Positions 25,366 through 38,852 of a stretch of 64,000 nucleotides of DNA are shown piece after piece. The notes under the pieces are model-generated. The model saw only the letters and a program-made list of their open reading frames with translations, searched no databases and had not been told where the DNA came from. The position numbers and the translations under genes are program-made. Source of the DNA: Bugula neritina (taxonomy: Eukaryota > Animalia > Bryozoa); NCBI GenBank assembly GCA_964035545.1, contig OZ037765.1, positions 3,286,001 to 3,350,000 of the forward strand, in the 5' to 3' direction. How positions within the stretch are numbered: the stretch's first letter is position 1; each line of letters starts with the position of its first letter.

Positions 25366-28300
25366 CTATGCTTGAGTAGTTTTATAGCAGAGTGCTTCCG
25401 CATCACTTCTTGGTTTTTCCGAAAGGTTAACTTCTTCATACTCAAGGTCATCTAATGTAGCCAAAGAATTTGCAATCTCATATTCAGCACTTTGTTCCGA
25501 TACGCCAGGTACAGTGGCATGTATTTCACTCGCCATGAGTGACAATCCAACTTCTTCGTATTCAAGATTAGGCTGAGCTCTATTTTCATTAAACTCAGTA
25601 CCAGAAGATCTTCTCACCACCATCACAATAATAATCACTACTAGTATAATGATGATGAAACCCATCGGAACACCAACTGCTACTCCAACCACCCAGCCTG
25701 TCAATATAGAAAAGAAAGTACAAACACAGACAAATCATTTTTCATAATTGCAAGAGGTCCAGTAGTTGAAACCTGTCATGTGACACTGAGAGCAAAGTAT
25801 TTGATGAAAACAATTCCTGTATTGAAACGATACTTGGTTCCGTGACAAAAATATAAAAACATAATCCCAATGGCAGGTGCTGTTAGACTTAGATGAATAT
25901 AAGCACAAGTAAACAGCTAGTACATTTTTATAAACGCTAGCATATACCTTGAGTTAATAGTTCACAGATAGGAGGATTGTCAGACCATTCTCCTTTACCA
26001 TCTATCAGTTCGCATGTAATGATAGCAGGACCCTGTCTTGTATATCCTTCATTGCAAGAGTAAAACACAGTTGAGTTTAAATTCCAAATATCATTAGACA
26101 CTTGTGTTACAGCATTTCTCACAGGAGATGGTTCAGAGCATCTGATTGGTTGAAGTTTTGTTGGAGTACGGCTAGCATCTAAGAAAAATGTGCTGCACAA
26201 TGAGTATAACTCTGTATATACTATTGTACATATTATACATAGCATCTTTTACAGAAGATGGTTCGGGGCATCTGAATGGTTGAAGTACTGTTGAGGTACA
26301 GATAGAATTTATGAAATATTTGTTGTAAGTTAAGAATTCTCTTCATGCAATACCTATATACAGAAATATAGTTATCTCCACATAACACTATATGTACTTG
26401 AAAGACTTGAAAAAACTTCTACTCACCCTTACTAGTTGTGTATGTTTCCTGCCATATTATATTCTCATGTCCATCTCGTAGTTGTACTTTAATAGTCAGT
26501 TCAAAGGTCACACCTTGCTTTTTAGTGAAAGTCCATGGTCCTTCCTTTCTCTGATTGGATAATTGTCCACTTCCATAAGCTAATGTAACACCGAATACAC
26601 AGCCACCAGCTTCCTGTTACAGAGGAATGAAGTATTTGTAATTATATTTTTAGGTGTTATCATAGCATAACTAACCTATACATAACTACAATAAACGCAA
26701 GCATGAATTACACTATAACTTGATATTACAAGAAATTAACATACAATACTTACATATTGCTATTAAGCAAAGGAATAAAGTGACGTTATGTTACTACCAT
26801 AACTTACTGCATAGCTGTAGTCTTGTATGTATATGTAAAGTTGTGAATTATAATTATAAATACCATTTGGTATTATAATAAGAAACTTAAACCATCTTAA
26901 TTGCTAGTTAAAAGGTCTGCAAGACTATTGGCACCACTCCAACTATATGTAATTTAGAAGCATTAACAAAATTGTGATTACAAATTATATTCTGAGCAAA
27001 TATATTTTGTCATTCAAATATAAAAAAAAATAGAAGATAAAAAAATAGACTTACTAGTGAAGGTACAAACACAGTAATTATTTTCTCTTGTTCTCGTTCC
27101 AGAATCCCACTTTCTGTTATGATAACATAATCAGGTGTTAATTTTCCTCTTTCTAAAATAGTTAAAACTGATGGCAGTGTTTTTACTGAATTCAAAGATA
27201 AGTAACTAAGATAATTATAATTCGGAGTAGACAAATCCACAAGTTCACACACATTTTACACAGACAGTTTCTATAATGAACAACACTTATGTACCCAAAT
27301 ATTATTGTAAGTAAATAGTAAATACTCAAATAGCGAATACAAGGTAGCAAATACTCATACCTGCACAGAAGAGAGAGCTGACTGTAGAGACATCTTGCAT
27401 TAACTCTTCACCATTATAATTCCTCACAGTAGATACTCTAGCATAGTGAGGTTGTTGTATATTCAGATTACTAATCACAGTCTCTCTGTATTCTATAGAA
27501 ACTAATTTAGAGCTTATTATTGTGTTGAAGTTGGAGTTGTCTGAACATTCTATTTTAAAATGAGTAGTTGTGAGTTCCTGCTTAGGTGTACTAGCTGGGA
27601 ATTCCCATGTAATTCTGATTTCTCCTGCTGACACATCTGTGTGATAAGACACTGGGTCTCCAGACAATTTTAGAATTTCTAATAAACCAAAAAGATGATA
27701 GCCAATTTATATAACGATTGCAAGCAATTTTTATTTTGACATTTTTACGTAATTCATGAGTATTTTTCAAATAGACTTTCACTTATCAGCCATTTAGATT
27801 GTCCAACAGAAGATTACTTGCATAAAAATAATGCTAACTATCAAATAAAAAATGAGTAAATATAATTTTACTATAGTGCACTACCCACTAGAATATAATT
27901 TCTAAATGCAGCAATGTTGATATTGCATAACAGAGTGAGTGCATGGATGCTATCGAGTTTAAGAGTAGAAAAACTATTTTCAATTTGACACAAGTTTTGT
28001 GTGGAACTCAGGCTTGTTTCTATTATAAAACTTGAGCAGCAATAGCTGCTATTTATATTGATTAAAGCTAAAAATGTTTTTAGAATACATCATGATAATA
28101 ACATACTTATAGTATATGCATGTTAAGTTTAATCAACAAGTTGTTCAAATATGTACTTGAATAAATGACTTATATAGATATAAATAGGCTTAATTCTATT
28201 AACTGAACAATATAAATGTTGCAATTATTATTACCTTTAATTTTTATAATGAACTTCTAAAACAGTTAAAAAACTACCCAGTACTAAGATAAAAAGAATG

Positions 28301-31300
28301 ACCCACATCATAAAATATGCAATTATGTTGCAATATATCTGAGCGAGGTATCCATTATAGCAGCTACAAATTAAAAATTACCTAAAATTTTATGTAAAAA
28401 TTATTTAAATGTACAGTGAAATTTAGTGACAACAAGAATTATCCAACTGCTAAAAAATTTATTCAGCAGTAAAAACTTATTATAGTCACTATTATAGTAT
28501 AAAGTATAAGGGTAATTTACCACAATAAAATATATATATAGTTAAGTTGCTACCTGCTATGTAGGCTCTCAGTGCTACTGCTCTACGCTCTTGTACAACA
28601 TCTGAATATGTGAGTCTGTCTACTCTGTCTTTGTTAGGATTATTTGTACGTATATAAGCTGGAGGATCTCCAACTACTTTATATCTAAATGAGACGAGGT
28701 TACCTGTACAACCAGAGTAACTCAAGTCTTCTACATACAGAGCAAGAAAGTCTCCTTTTCTAACTACTTCTGTAGAGTTCTGTACAAACTGGAATCTGAT
28801 TCCTCCTGTAGATACATCTTCAGGTGTGAGTAGAGTTTCTGTAATCAGATTGAATACAGCAGAGTCACCTTCTCCTGTCTGTCTCCAGATAGCAGCATAT
28901 GAGTCACAGTAGTCTGTAGAACCACCAATCATATACTTCCAGCCAACTAAATATCCGTCTGCTTCTATCTTATAGTTGAAGAGTAACATGAAAGCATACA
29001 AAGCTGATCCATAGTTTGATATCTTTGTGTTGGTTGTACCGTCAGAGTTACCTGAAAAAAAATTATATATTTCTACAAATAAGCGCTTTATGAATATTTG
29101 CAAAATGCAATAACAACAGTGCTTTAAATTATCAAACTGTTCACCTATCTGATTACAATTATAAATTTTTATTTTATCCATTATAACAACTATAACTTTG
29201 AATTTATTATTGCATCACTTAGAGTTTTCAACTCCTATAATTAGCAGATTTCAGTCTTTAAAATGCCATTTTTTTCATAATCTTTAATTTTTGTACTTGA
29301 TATATGCTCCCTACATTATCTACAAGTTGTTTTGAAAACTTGTAAGAGTAGAAAATAATCAAAATTATTTATAAAAAGTACCATTTTTGTACTGTGAAAG
29401 CTTTTGTAATGTACACAAAATATTACTAATTGACATTGTGTAGCCTTACAAGATGCTAATGCAGATAATTTGCACCTCAGAAAAAATGCAATTTATTATG
29501 CGATTATTCTTATGCTAAGTAGATTTAGAATAATTTTCTAAATACATAAAACTGAAAACTGTGCTACTCAGGTTTAAAATGCCGCCCAGCATTTCTATGT
29601 TGCAGCTAAGACTAAAAAAATGTTCTGCTTATATTAAGACATAGAATATTATAAAAAACGCATATACAATAAATCAATGAATAAACAAGATTGACAATTA
29701 CAAAGTATTAAGTTGAAAGCGACCAGAGACTTTCGGCTTAGTTATGAATTCAGTGGGACATATTATAATGTATGTAAGTGGTGGTTAGACAGTGATGCAA
29801 GATAGTAGAAGTCAAAAAACATGTCCCAACACACAACTACACATTAATTTTAATGAAATTGTGAAAATATTTTTATTCCAAACCATCTCTAGCTTTATCA
29901 TAATTTGAGTAGTTCATAAATGAATAAAACATGCAAGTATAAACCCTTTTTGAGACTTAAAGAATTGGCTTTGTTTGCCTATGCAGTAAATTCAGAGTAG
30001 AATTGTGTGATAGCCATTTTCAATGACTTCTAAAGAAATATTCGTTATTTATTACATATGAATAATATAGATTTACATACTGCATAAGTCAGACTATGCA
30101 TGTAAAATGATAAAAGATTTGCCATGTACAATCTATATCTGGTTGAATGTGTGAAGATATGCCATTGTGTGTGGCCATGTGGCCTGTGTGGCAAGTAATA
30201 AATAACTTAGAAGCTAAACCAATAGTCAATCTAAAGATGGATAACTTTTGAAAATTAGAAAATTAGGTTTTTAGCAGTCTGCATTCTATAAAAACAATTA
30301 GCTTGCAAAAAAGAATGGGCATAGACAAATAATACACTGACAGAAAACACTAACAAGTGATTTCACATAGCCAGCACCATTTAAAAAAGCTAAAGATAAC
30401 AAAAGGATATTGATGCATATTTAAAATTAATGTTTATTAAATATTATTTAGCATCTCACAGTACAACTATATTGGTTTTCTTTTGAATCTGTGTGAGACT
30501 GAATATACTGCGCATACCTGAATACCAGAGAGGGAGGTTAAAGTACTGATAGTCTGGATGTTTTTCTGGTGTCACTCCAGTATCATCTGATCTCTTGTTG
30601 GCAATCTCACATTGATCTCCACTCACTGACTTCACTATAGAACTACAGTCATAACTGATGTCTTCACTTTGTAAACAAAACTTCATACAGTCTCTGAGTT
30701 GCAATTCACTTATCTGGTTGTACTTCTCTACTCCACTGCTGTTTAGATAGTAACCTCTAATAGCTGTCCATGGTTGCCATATTCCTGCAAAATACTCCAT
30801 GCTAGCAATGTTTGTATAGCATAATATACAAAAGCTGCAGCAATGAGCAACTATACTAGAATGGAAGTGGCTATCAATATGCAAATATTTTAAGAACTAA
30901 CTGACAAGAGGTGTTCAGCATTGTAGTAAGTTTTCTGTCAATGGTTATAGTCTTTGTCAACATTTTTAAAAAGTAACCTTGGCTAATCAATTGACTAAAT
31001 AAATTGAAAAACAGATTGATAAATGAATTTTGACAAAGAAATATTTTCAGAAAATATAGTTCACATTTGTCTATATCATAATTTTTTCAGATTAGAAGAT
31101 GTACAATAATTTATTAGATTACTTTAAAAAATTAGCATTTTCTCTTATATAGCACATAAAAAAATATCAAATATAAGAACAATTTACAAGAAAACTACGA
31201 TTGATTTTCAAACTGCAAAAGATTACTAGTCTTTTAAATAGTAGACTTGTTTAGCTGGTATATGGCTATACCAGGTTCGAGAACTTATAGTAGAAGAGAC

Positions 31301-34300
31301 TATTCAATAAGTACATATCACCATTCTGTTATAAAATCAAATAACACATTATAGCTTCAGTTTTTTTTCTAATACTTATAAGTTATATAGTTTAGGAAAA
31401 GAAAATATTTAGCCTTTATTGTTTGAAAATTCAAGCAAACACTGGAATGGGCTATTGTAGTGAAAATCTTCAACAATAATATGTAACATGCTAGAATCGT
31501 CTTTCCTAAAATTTATTTTTCATTTATTTTTCATATTCATAGAATGCGATTATGTAATTTGATCCTGTCCGATAATCGAAATAAATACCGATGTCGGAGT
31601 CCGATGTCGGAAGGTGTTCCGATATTCCGGCTCTGACTTTTGGACAAGATGAGAACAAAGACTTTTACCCTGTATATAATGAAGCGAGCTCACAGAGTAG
31701 AATCAGTCTACCACTGGAGCTCGCCGGATAAAGATCACTTTTATATGCTACCTATATTACAATAAAGATTTCTACATTCAAGGTTACTACTTCATCTTGT
31801 TCCTTCTATACTGGAGTTATGTTCTCACTTACTTGCATTCTACTCACAAAACTACTACATTGGTGGCGGGGTGGTATACAGAATAGTTAAGTGGCCCCAC
31901 ATAGGGGAATAGGAAGAAAAGATGGCTGTAGGGGAAAAGGGAGGTCCGGCCCTCATGTTGAAGAACCTGGTGGCAGCCCTTTGAGACGTCAGAGGGCTGG
32001 GCAGGCGCGACCTGGCAACAGGTACCGCCTCAAGCCTCGGAATTTTGGAGGGGACAGCGATGTAGAGCAGTTCATCCGCAAGTTTGAGAATGTGGCCACC
32101 ATTGCTGAATGGCCAGCACCGGTGCTTGTCCTCCAACTCCGGGCCTGTCTGACAAATCGGGCCAAATGCTTCGCTCTAGGACCCGATGAAGCGCACATTG
32201 TTAAGGCACTCCAAACTCGGTTTGGCATGACAGCCCAAGATGCAAAAGACAAACTCCAAAGGGCTACGGAAAGACTGAAGGTTGCCCTTACAAGACCATG
32301 CCAACACTATTGAGAGGTTGGCCCAGACTGCATTCAGTCATGCCTGCTCACAGTGTGTGGAACTCTCCAGTAGTCCTGCTCAAAAAGAAAAATGATAGTT
32401 GGAGGCTTTGCGTGGACTACCGCAAGCTCAACAATGTTACCATCCAGGACGCTTACCCTCTCCCTCGGATAGATGAGTCTCTGAATGCCCTCGCCGGGAG
32501 CAAGTACTTCAGTACTTTGGATCTGCTTAGCAGGTACTGGCAAGTGACCCTCAACTCAGATGCACAGGACAAAGCAGCATCCATCACCCATGATGGGCTC
32601 TAAAAATAGAAAGCACTGCCATTACGGCTTACGCCTGCCCCAGCAGCCTTCCAACGGCTCATGGAGCAGGTCCTCAGTGGGATATACTAAAAGACTTTCA
32701 TCATCTATCTGGGTGACGTCATTGTTATCTCCCCAAACTTTACGATTCCTGTCAATCATCTGCGAGAGATCTTTGACCGCCTCCGGCCAGCTGGACGGAA
32801 GTTGAAGCTCTCCAAGTGTGCACTCCTCCAGTCGGAGGTCACGTACCTGGGCCATGTGATTGGCTATGATGGGTTTGCTACCGGCCCAGAGAAAGTAGAA
32901 GCTGTGAAAGAGTGGACTGTCCACCAAGACCTCTCTGAGTTGCGGGCATTCCTGGGCCTGGTAAGGTACTACAGACAGTACATACCCAGGTTTGCAGGGG
33001 TGGCTTAGCCGTTGAATCGACAAACCGCCAAGGCAGTCTGATAGCAGTGGAAACAGGAGTACCAGCAGGCATTCGACCACCTTAAGCATCGGCATATGGA
33101 GAAGCCAATTCTGGCGTATCTTGACCCAGCCAAAGAGTCCATCCCGAAAACCGACGCCAGCAACCACAGCATAGAGCTGCCCTGTCCCAAGTCCAGGGTG
33201 GAAGTGAGGTGGTTGTAGCTTACTACATCAAGACTTTTGCGGCTGCCGAAAAAAACTACTGCACCACTAGGAAGGGGCTCCTAGCAGTAGTCAAGGCGGT
33301 CAAGCACTTCAGGCCATATCTGTATGGGAGAATGTTCAGATTACAAACAGACCACGCATTACTGATATGGCTGTGCAAACGTGCTGAGCCACACACTGTA
33401 CCAGAATGTCAGGGGAACTGTGTCTACTCCAGGAGACGCTACCCGGCGCGGTAGCAGACATCTTAGGCCAAAGTCAGGAGGAGTAAGACGTGGTGATGCC
33501 ACAAATCATGCGAGCTTACCGCAGCACACCACACTCTAGCACGCAAGAAACCCCAAACTTCCTGATGCTATGTCGGGAGACACTGGTTCTAGAACAACTG
33601 ACATACCATGTCCCAACTCCCGAGTCCCCAGTACATGAGTATAAGAGGAAGTTAGTGGAGATCATGGAGGAAGCCCATGATGCATTGCGAGAGAAGCAAT
33701 AGAAAATTTAAACAAAAGACTCCGAGGAACCCCCCCCCCCATACTAGGTAGGGGACTGGGTCTGGATGGTAAGCTATTGTAGGCGACGTGGACTGGCGGC
33801 TAAGCGCTGCCCAACTATATATACCGCGTGGAACAATCTGGACAGATCTCTGTTTAAAGTGAGCAGCGTCTGAAACTCTATCATGCCAGCTCAGACGCAG
33901 TAGAACAAGCTCCCTTCATTCTGGAACCCAGCCGACAACAAAACAATAGAGGAAGGGTGACACGACCCAGAGAGTGGGAGATCTTTGTCCAAAAGACATC
34001 GGAGCCAGACCCCAAACCAGAACCACCCCTTCAGCCTACTCCTTAGGACCAGCCAGCCTCAGGACCAGCAGCCTCGCAAATAGAGGACGTCCCCAGCTTT
34101 AACGTGGGTGGGGCAGGGCCCACACTCACAGTACCTGTAGAACAGCCAAGCCTGCCGGAGCCAGTCACCCTTGGAAGAAGTCAGAGGAACAGGAGGCCCC
34201 CTGGATATCTGGCTGATTATTATGTGGAGCACATGGAGTTATCCTTCTTCGGGGATAGTACGCCCAGTTGCTTGGCTGGGAATCTTTCCAAAACTCTGGA

Positions 34301-37040
34301 GAATTCCTGGAGAAAATAAGAGAGTCTGAACCGAATATTGGAAGGGTTGCGTTGACTGGACACGTGACCGAAGGATTGGCAAGTGAAAACTTGGTAACAC
34401 GTGATTCAATCATTTTTACTAGTAATTTCAATATGATCAGACGTGTGTCTACTGAATCACCAAGCAAAATGGGAATAACTCTGCCTGAACAAAGTCACAA
34501 TAGTCAGTCAGGTATTTGTTAAGGGCTTGATCCTCCATCATCGGAGTCTAGCCCAACTCATTCTAGTTGGCCTGTAACTGATCCACTCAAAGCTGCCCTT
34601 TTGGAGACTTAGACCGAGATGGATCTTGGGGAGAGCTCACTCCACAATTACCTGTTAGATCAAGACATGGAGTCGGTGACTCTCTGAGGTACATTACGAC
34701 CCCCAGTCTCTAGCAGGGTACCCTACAAGCAGATGCCGAATTTTGGCAACAGTGAGATCAGCCATTCACGGCCTCTATTGTCTATTGTAGGAACTGACAT
34801 GGATTGTGAGGAGGCCGGGTCGAGTCGTATCGACTCCCCTCCCACTCAGGCCCTTGGTTTGACTCTTAGCAGACCGAAGGGTGCCGCTCTGCCAGCTGAG
34901 GCGCCGCCCACCGTCACCAGTGAGCCAGTCTCTGACCTCAGAGAGCTCCAGCTATCTGCGGGTGAAGAGCAGGTAATCTTGCATCGTGGGCCTTCTGGGG
35001 AGGACTAGTTGGAAGTGTTAGCGTTGCCTCGGACTTTAACTGCCCGTCATCACTAAACTACCAAGGACACCCACCTCCGGATTGGCAAAACTTGCGGCAA
35101 GATGGGCAACTGTGCAGTGCAGTGCCAGTGCAGAAGAAGTTTTCTTTGGCAGGACGGCTGTGCTTACACACCCCGCAGCATTTCGTCAATGTATTGTGCC
35201 CGTGTGGCAAGTACTCATATCACCAAGATTATGTGCTGCGCCACCAGCGCATAGCTCGCTGCCACATGGGCCATACGTTTGTGGTCGACGCGGCCACATT
35301 TTCGGAGTTTCGGGACCTAATTCTGCTGCATGTCGGTGACTACCACAAACGGGCAGCCCTCGCCCTAGGGTTTCCGGCATGCCGCCTCTTGAGAGAGGAA
35401 GACCCTAAACCTGCCACTGCCTCTCAACCGCGGCCATCTAGCCTCTTTGGGTCGTGCTGGCACAGGTTGGTGCGGACTGAAGGCTCAATGATACGGACCT
35501 GGAGCCCCGACTCACAGCGGCTAGTAAGAAGAAGTAGAAGGACCAACACCCCAAGGCACCCTGCTCATCTCAGCTCGCTCCAGACCACCGGCTGACCTGT
35601 CTCCTAGAGGACAAAGTCCGGCGCCTACCCGCCAGATGAGGCGCTACGAGGAGGAGATGACGGCCCTCTGGAGGTGCGTTAGTCGCCTGGAACACCTAGA
35701 CAGTGGACACCACCACTAATGACAAATGCGTAAACAAGGTGGCGGGTGTGTGTGTGCTTATTTTATCTGTGTTTGTGTTTTTTTATATATATAATTCATT
35801 TTGTTAATTATACCTATTATCCGTAAACACTTTCCTTTTATGTTTGCCGTTTTCCTCTGTTTTTTAATCGGGTACCTGGCTTTCCGATGAGGGGTGTGTG
35901 TAGTGGAAGTCTGCGACAATAATATATAACATGTGAGAGTTGTCTTTCCTAAAGTTTGTTTTTTATTTATTTTTCATATTCATAGAATGTGATTATGTAA
36001 TTTGATCCTGTCCAAAAGTCGTAACAAGTTTCGATGTCGGAGTCCGATGTAAAAACTTGTTCCGATGTTCGGGCTTCAACTTTTGGACAAGATGAGAACA
36101 AAGACTTTTCTCTGTATAATATAAGGAGGCGGGCTCACAGAGTAGAATCAGTCTACCACTGGAGCTCGCCGGATAAAGACCACTTTTATATGCTACCTAT
36201 ATTACAACAAAGATTTCTACATTCAAGCTTACTACTTCATCTTGCTACTTCTATGCTGGAGTTATGCTCCCCACCTAATTGCATTCAACCAACAAAACTA
36301 CTGCCCTATTTTGCCAGCTGCAAAAGCAATCTCAAAAATATTTTATCTATTTCAAAAAGATGTATCTTTTGTATTCAGTCAACTCACCAGCACAGTCTGG
36401 TCTAACAGAGTATCTCCACTGACTATCAGAACTACTAATAGTAGCAGTCTGAGTATTCTCTGCTAACAGTTGACAGTTTTCATCATCAGCTCTGTAGTTT
36501 ATTGAGGAGCATATAAATGTTGTCAGCTGCATACACAGAGCTCTACACTCATCTTCACTGGTTACAGAGAGAGTCTTTATACTACCAGATGTTATGTAAG
36601 GATCTAGTTTACCTACACTTGATGTCCAGTCACAGGTTAACCCTGAAAATATGTATCAACAGAGCATATGATATACATCTTATAATTGCGTTCCTTTGTA
36701 TAATAATGGCGACAAAGTTAAAGCAAGCTACCTATAAATGATTCCTGTCGTAAAAGCTAGAACTGTTTAAACATGAATTTGTCATCAACTTAAGTTAAAT
36801 GCTATTTTTCAATGTGTATATAGATTTGTAGTACATACAATAAACAACATTAAAATGGAAAGTTAAGTTGAAGAACTACATTATAACATACAATACATAC
36901 CTTGTACTGTATGTTATGCTTTAAACATACCTTGAAATTTGATAAACTACACGTAATCTATCTATCTATAACATACCTTGTACTGGTGCAGAGATAGACA
37001 CAGTAACTAGAAAAAACCACAAGTGCAGTATTCTGTCCAT
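25366..37040 (-). CDS. Receptor paralogue B, same architecture (749 aa, 9 exons)
   Basis: Exons: 36977-37040 (MDRILHLWFFLVTVSISAPVQ), 36388-36642, 30518-30784, 28554-29051, 27361-27678, 27055-27152, 26427-26613, 25948-26178 and 25366-25697. GT-AG introns with the same phases as gene A; total 2250 nt, open. Confidence 0.85.
31456..36305 (+). mobile_element. Ty3/Gypsy LTR retrotransposon, internally deleted, in intron 2 of gene B
   Basis: LTRs 31456-31859 and 35899-36305; 4-bp TSD CTAT (31452-31455, 36306-36309), with an empty site in gene A at about 19665-19690. PBS TGGTGGCG at 31861. Contains a gag fragment (ORF 31891-32313) joined directly to RT (WNSPVVLLKKK, RLCVDYRKLN, YPLPRIDE), RNase H (AEKNYCTT, HFRPYLYG, TDH), an integrase C-terminal remnant and an accessory ORF; many stops. 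Confidence 0.92.
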
Positions 37041-37597
37041 GTTGACACTACTAAGTAATGTCTATACACTGAAGGAGTGTTTAGTAAAATGAAGTTATAC
37101 TATACAGTTGTATTAGCAGATATTTTGTATCACAAAAGGCAACTTTTGTTAACTTCGCAATATAAAAGTCACATAGCTTTATATAGTGCAATGAGGAAGT
37201 TGAGAAAGTCTATACAAAAGATGTTTTCTTAACTATTCAAAAGAAAACTAGCTTTTATAGCTTGTAGCTTTATATTGAAATGTTGATAAGTGCTGTAGAC
37301 TGCGCTTGAATATAATTTTCTTTTATAGATAGAGTTTAGAGTAGTTCAATACGCTCAGTTATACACTATAACACAACTATCTATACTATTCAGATAACTA
37401 TAAATATATTCATTCAAATCGGCTATTATAATAATCATTACTATATAACTTTTTCATGTGCAATTAATTTAGAATGAGTATGTCTCTATATAACGTATCT
37501 TATATAATCAATCATGTAAGTTATAAACAGATAACCAAGTAAATTACATGGAATAGGTTACAATGAATGAGTATAAGTTAACAAGATTAATATACAT

Positions 37598-38306
37598 TTT
37601 CATTTTACCCGTTTTTTCCTGACACAACTTTTCAACAAGCATATTATTACAAATTAACCATCAAAATGATATCTGATCGCACCAGCTTATATAGTCACAC
37701 ACCTTAGACTCAGTGAGATTAAAGGTTATGAACCTTATCTATTTAATGGGAATGAGAAATTTTATGTATGTATGTATGAAATGTATGTATGAAATTTTAA
37801 TTCAAGTCCGTCAAATCTTATTATTAGAACTAAGAAAAAAAGAAATGATATTTTTAATCACAATAAATAAAACATCTGAAATTACATTGTTGGTATGTTA
37901 CCTTGCTGCTCAAACTAAAAATGATTGCTTAGAAGTTTGCAAAACATTTGTTACAATTTAGAAGCATATGTTTAGATTATAGAGTTAAAGATTATGTGAA
38001 CAATTTATATTTTAGGCTACAAATTATAATTTTATAAGTCACAAGATATGTTAGAAAAAGTTTAGAAAAACGATAAATAAGAGCATTGAGTACTTCACAA
38101 CCCAGTTCAGTGGGGGAAAGCATCCATTCTTTATTGAATCCACAAGTTTATATATAATTTTAGCTTAAGTGCTCCATGAAAATCAATTGTTTTATTAATA
38201 TTTCTTCATTGTTGCAGGTTTATTTGAGGCATCGTGGTGAAGCAGGAAACTTTATATACAGGCAACAAGTGTGAAACCACAGAGCCGTAACCTGAACCAA
38301 CCAACA
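37598..38306. other. ~0.7-kb insertion in the gene B upstream region, unclassified
   Basis: Absent from the colinear gene A upstream region (junction at about 20990); ACAT occurs at both junctions; no TIRs or ORF recognised. Confidence 0.5.
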
Positions 38307-38766
38307 TAAAGTGATTTTGATGACTTTTAAATTTCAAAAATAACTTTGTCTGGTCTTATGCAAAAGGTTGCTTCAAGGTCACAAAGTTATATTAGTATAT
38401 ACTGGAAAACCCGAATTATTAAGTTTAAGATTATCACAAAATCTTTTAACCAATTATATACTTCACACACAGAAGATTGTGTTTATCAATATAGAAGAAG
38501 AACAGAAGCAAAGTAACTTAACATGTATTTATTTTTTCAACGAATTACCAAATTTGAATATATGCCATATATTATTACAAAAGTAAAAAATTATTTGAAA
38601 TAATATTTAAAAAAAGATTCTTGAATTCTTATAACAGGTAACTGCACTATGCATTATCAACTTATTTTTATGAATGCCATAAAATAACTTAACTTTTATT
38701 TACAGTTTTCAATTTTAGTGAATGACAATTCTGTTTGGAAAAAAGCTACTAAAAATGCCAAAATGA

Positions 38767-38852
38767 TCCCGTGAACCAGATTTAAACTGGTGACCTAAGG
38801 ATTTCTAGTTGACACCTACAGTCCTCCGCTCTACCAACTGAGCTATCACGGG
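38767..38852 (-). tRNA. tRNA-Tyr(GTA) with intron, variant T-loop (possible pseudogene)
   Basis: Same as the other copies except T-loop TTTAAAT instead of TTCAAAT (C56T, B box) and one intron substitution. Confidence 0.8.
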
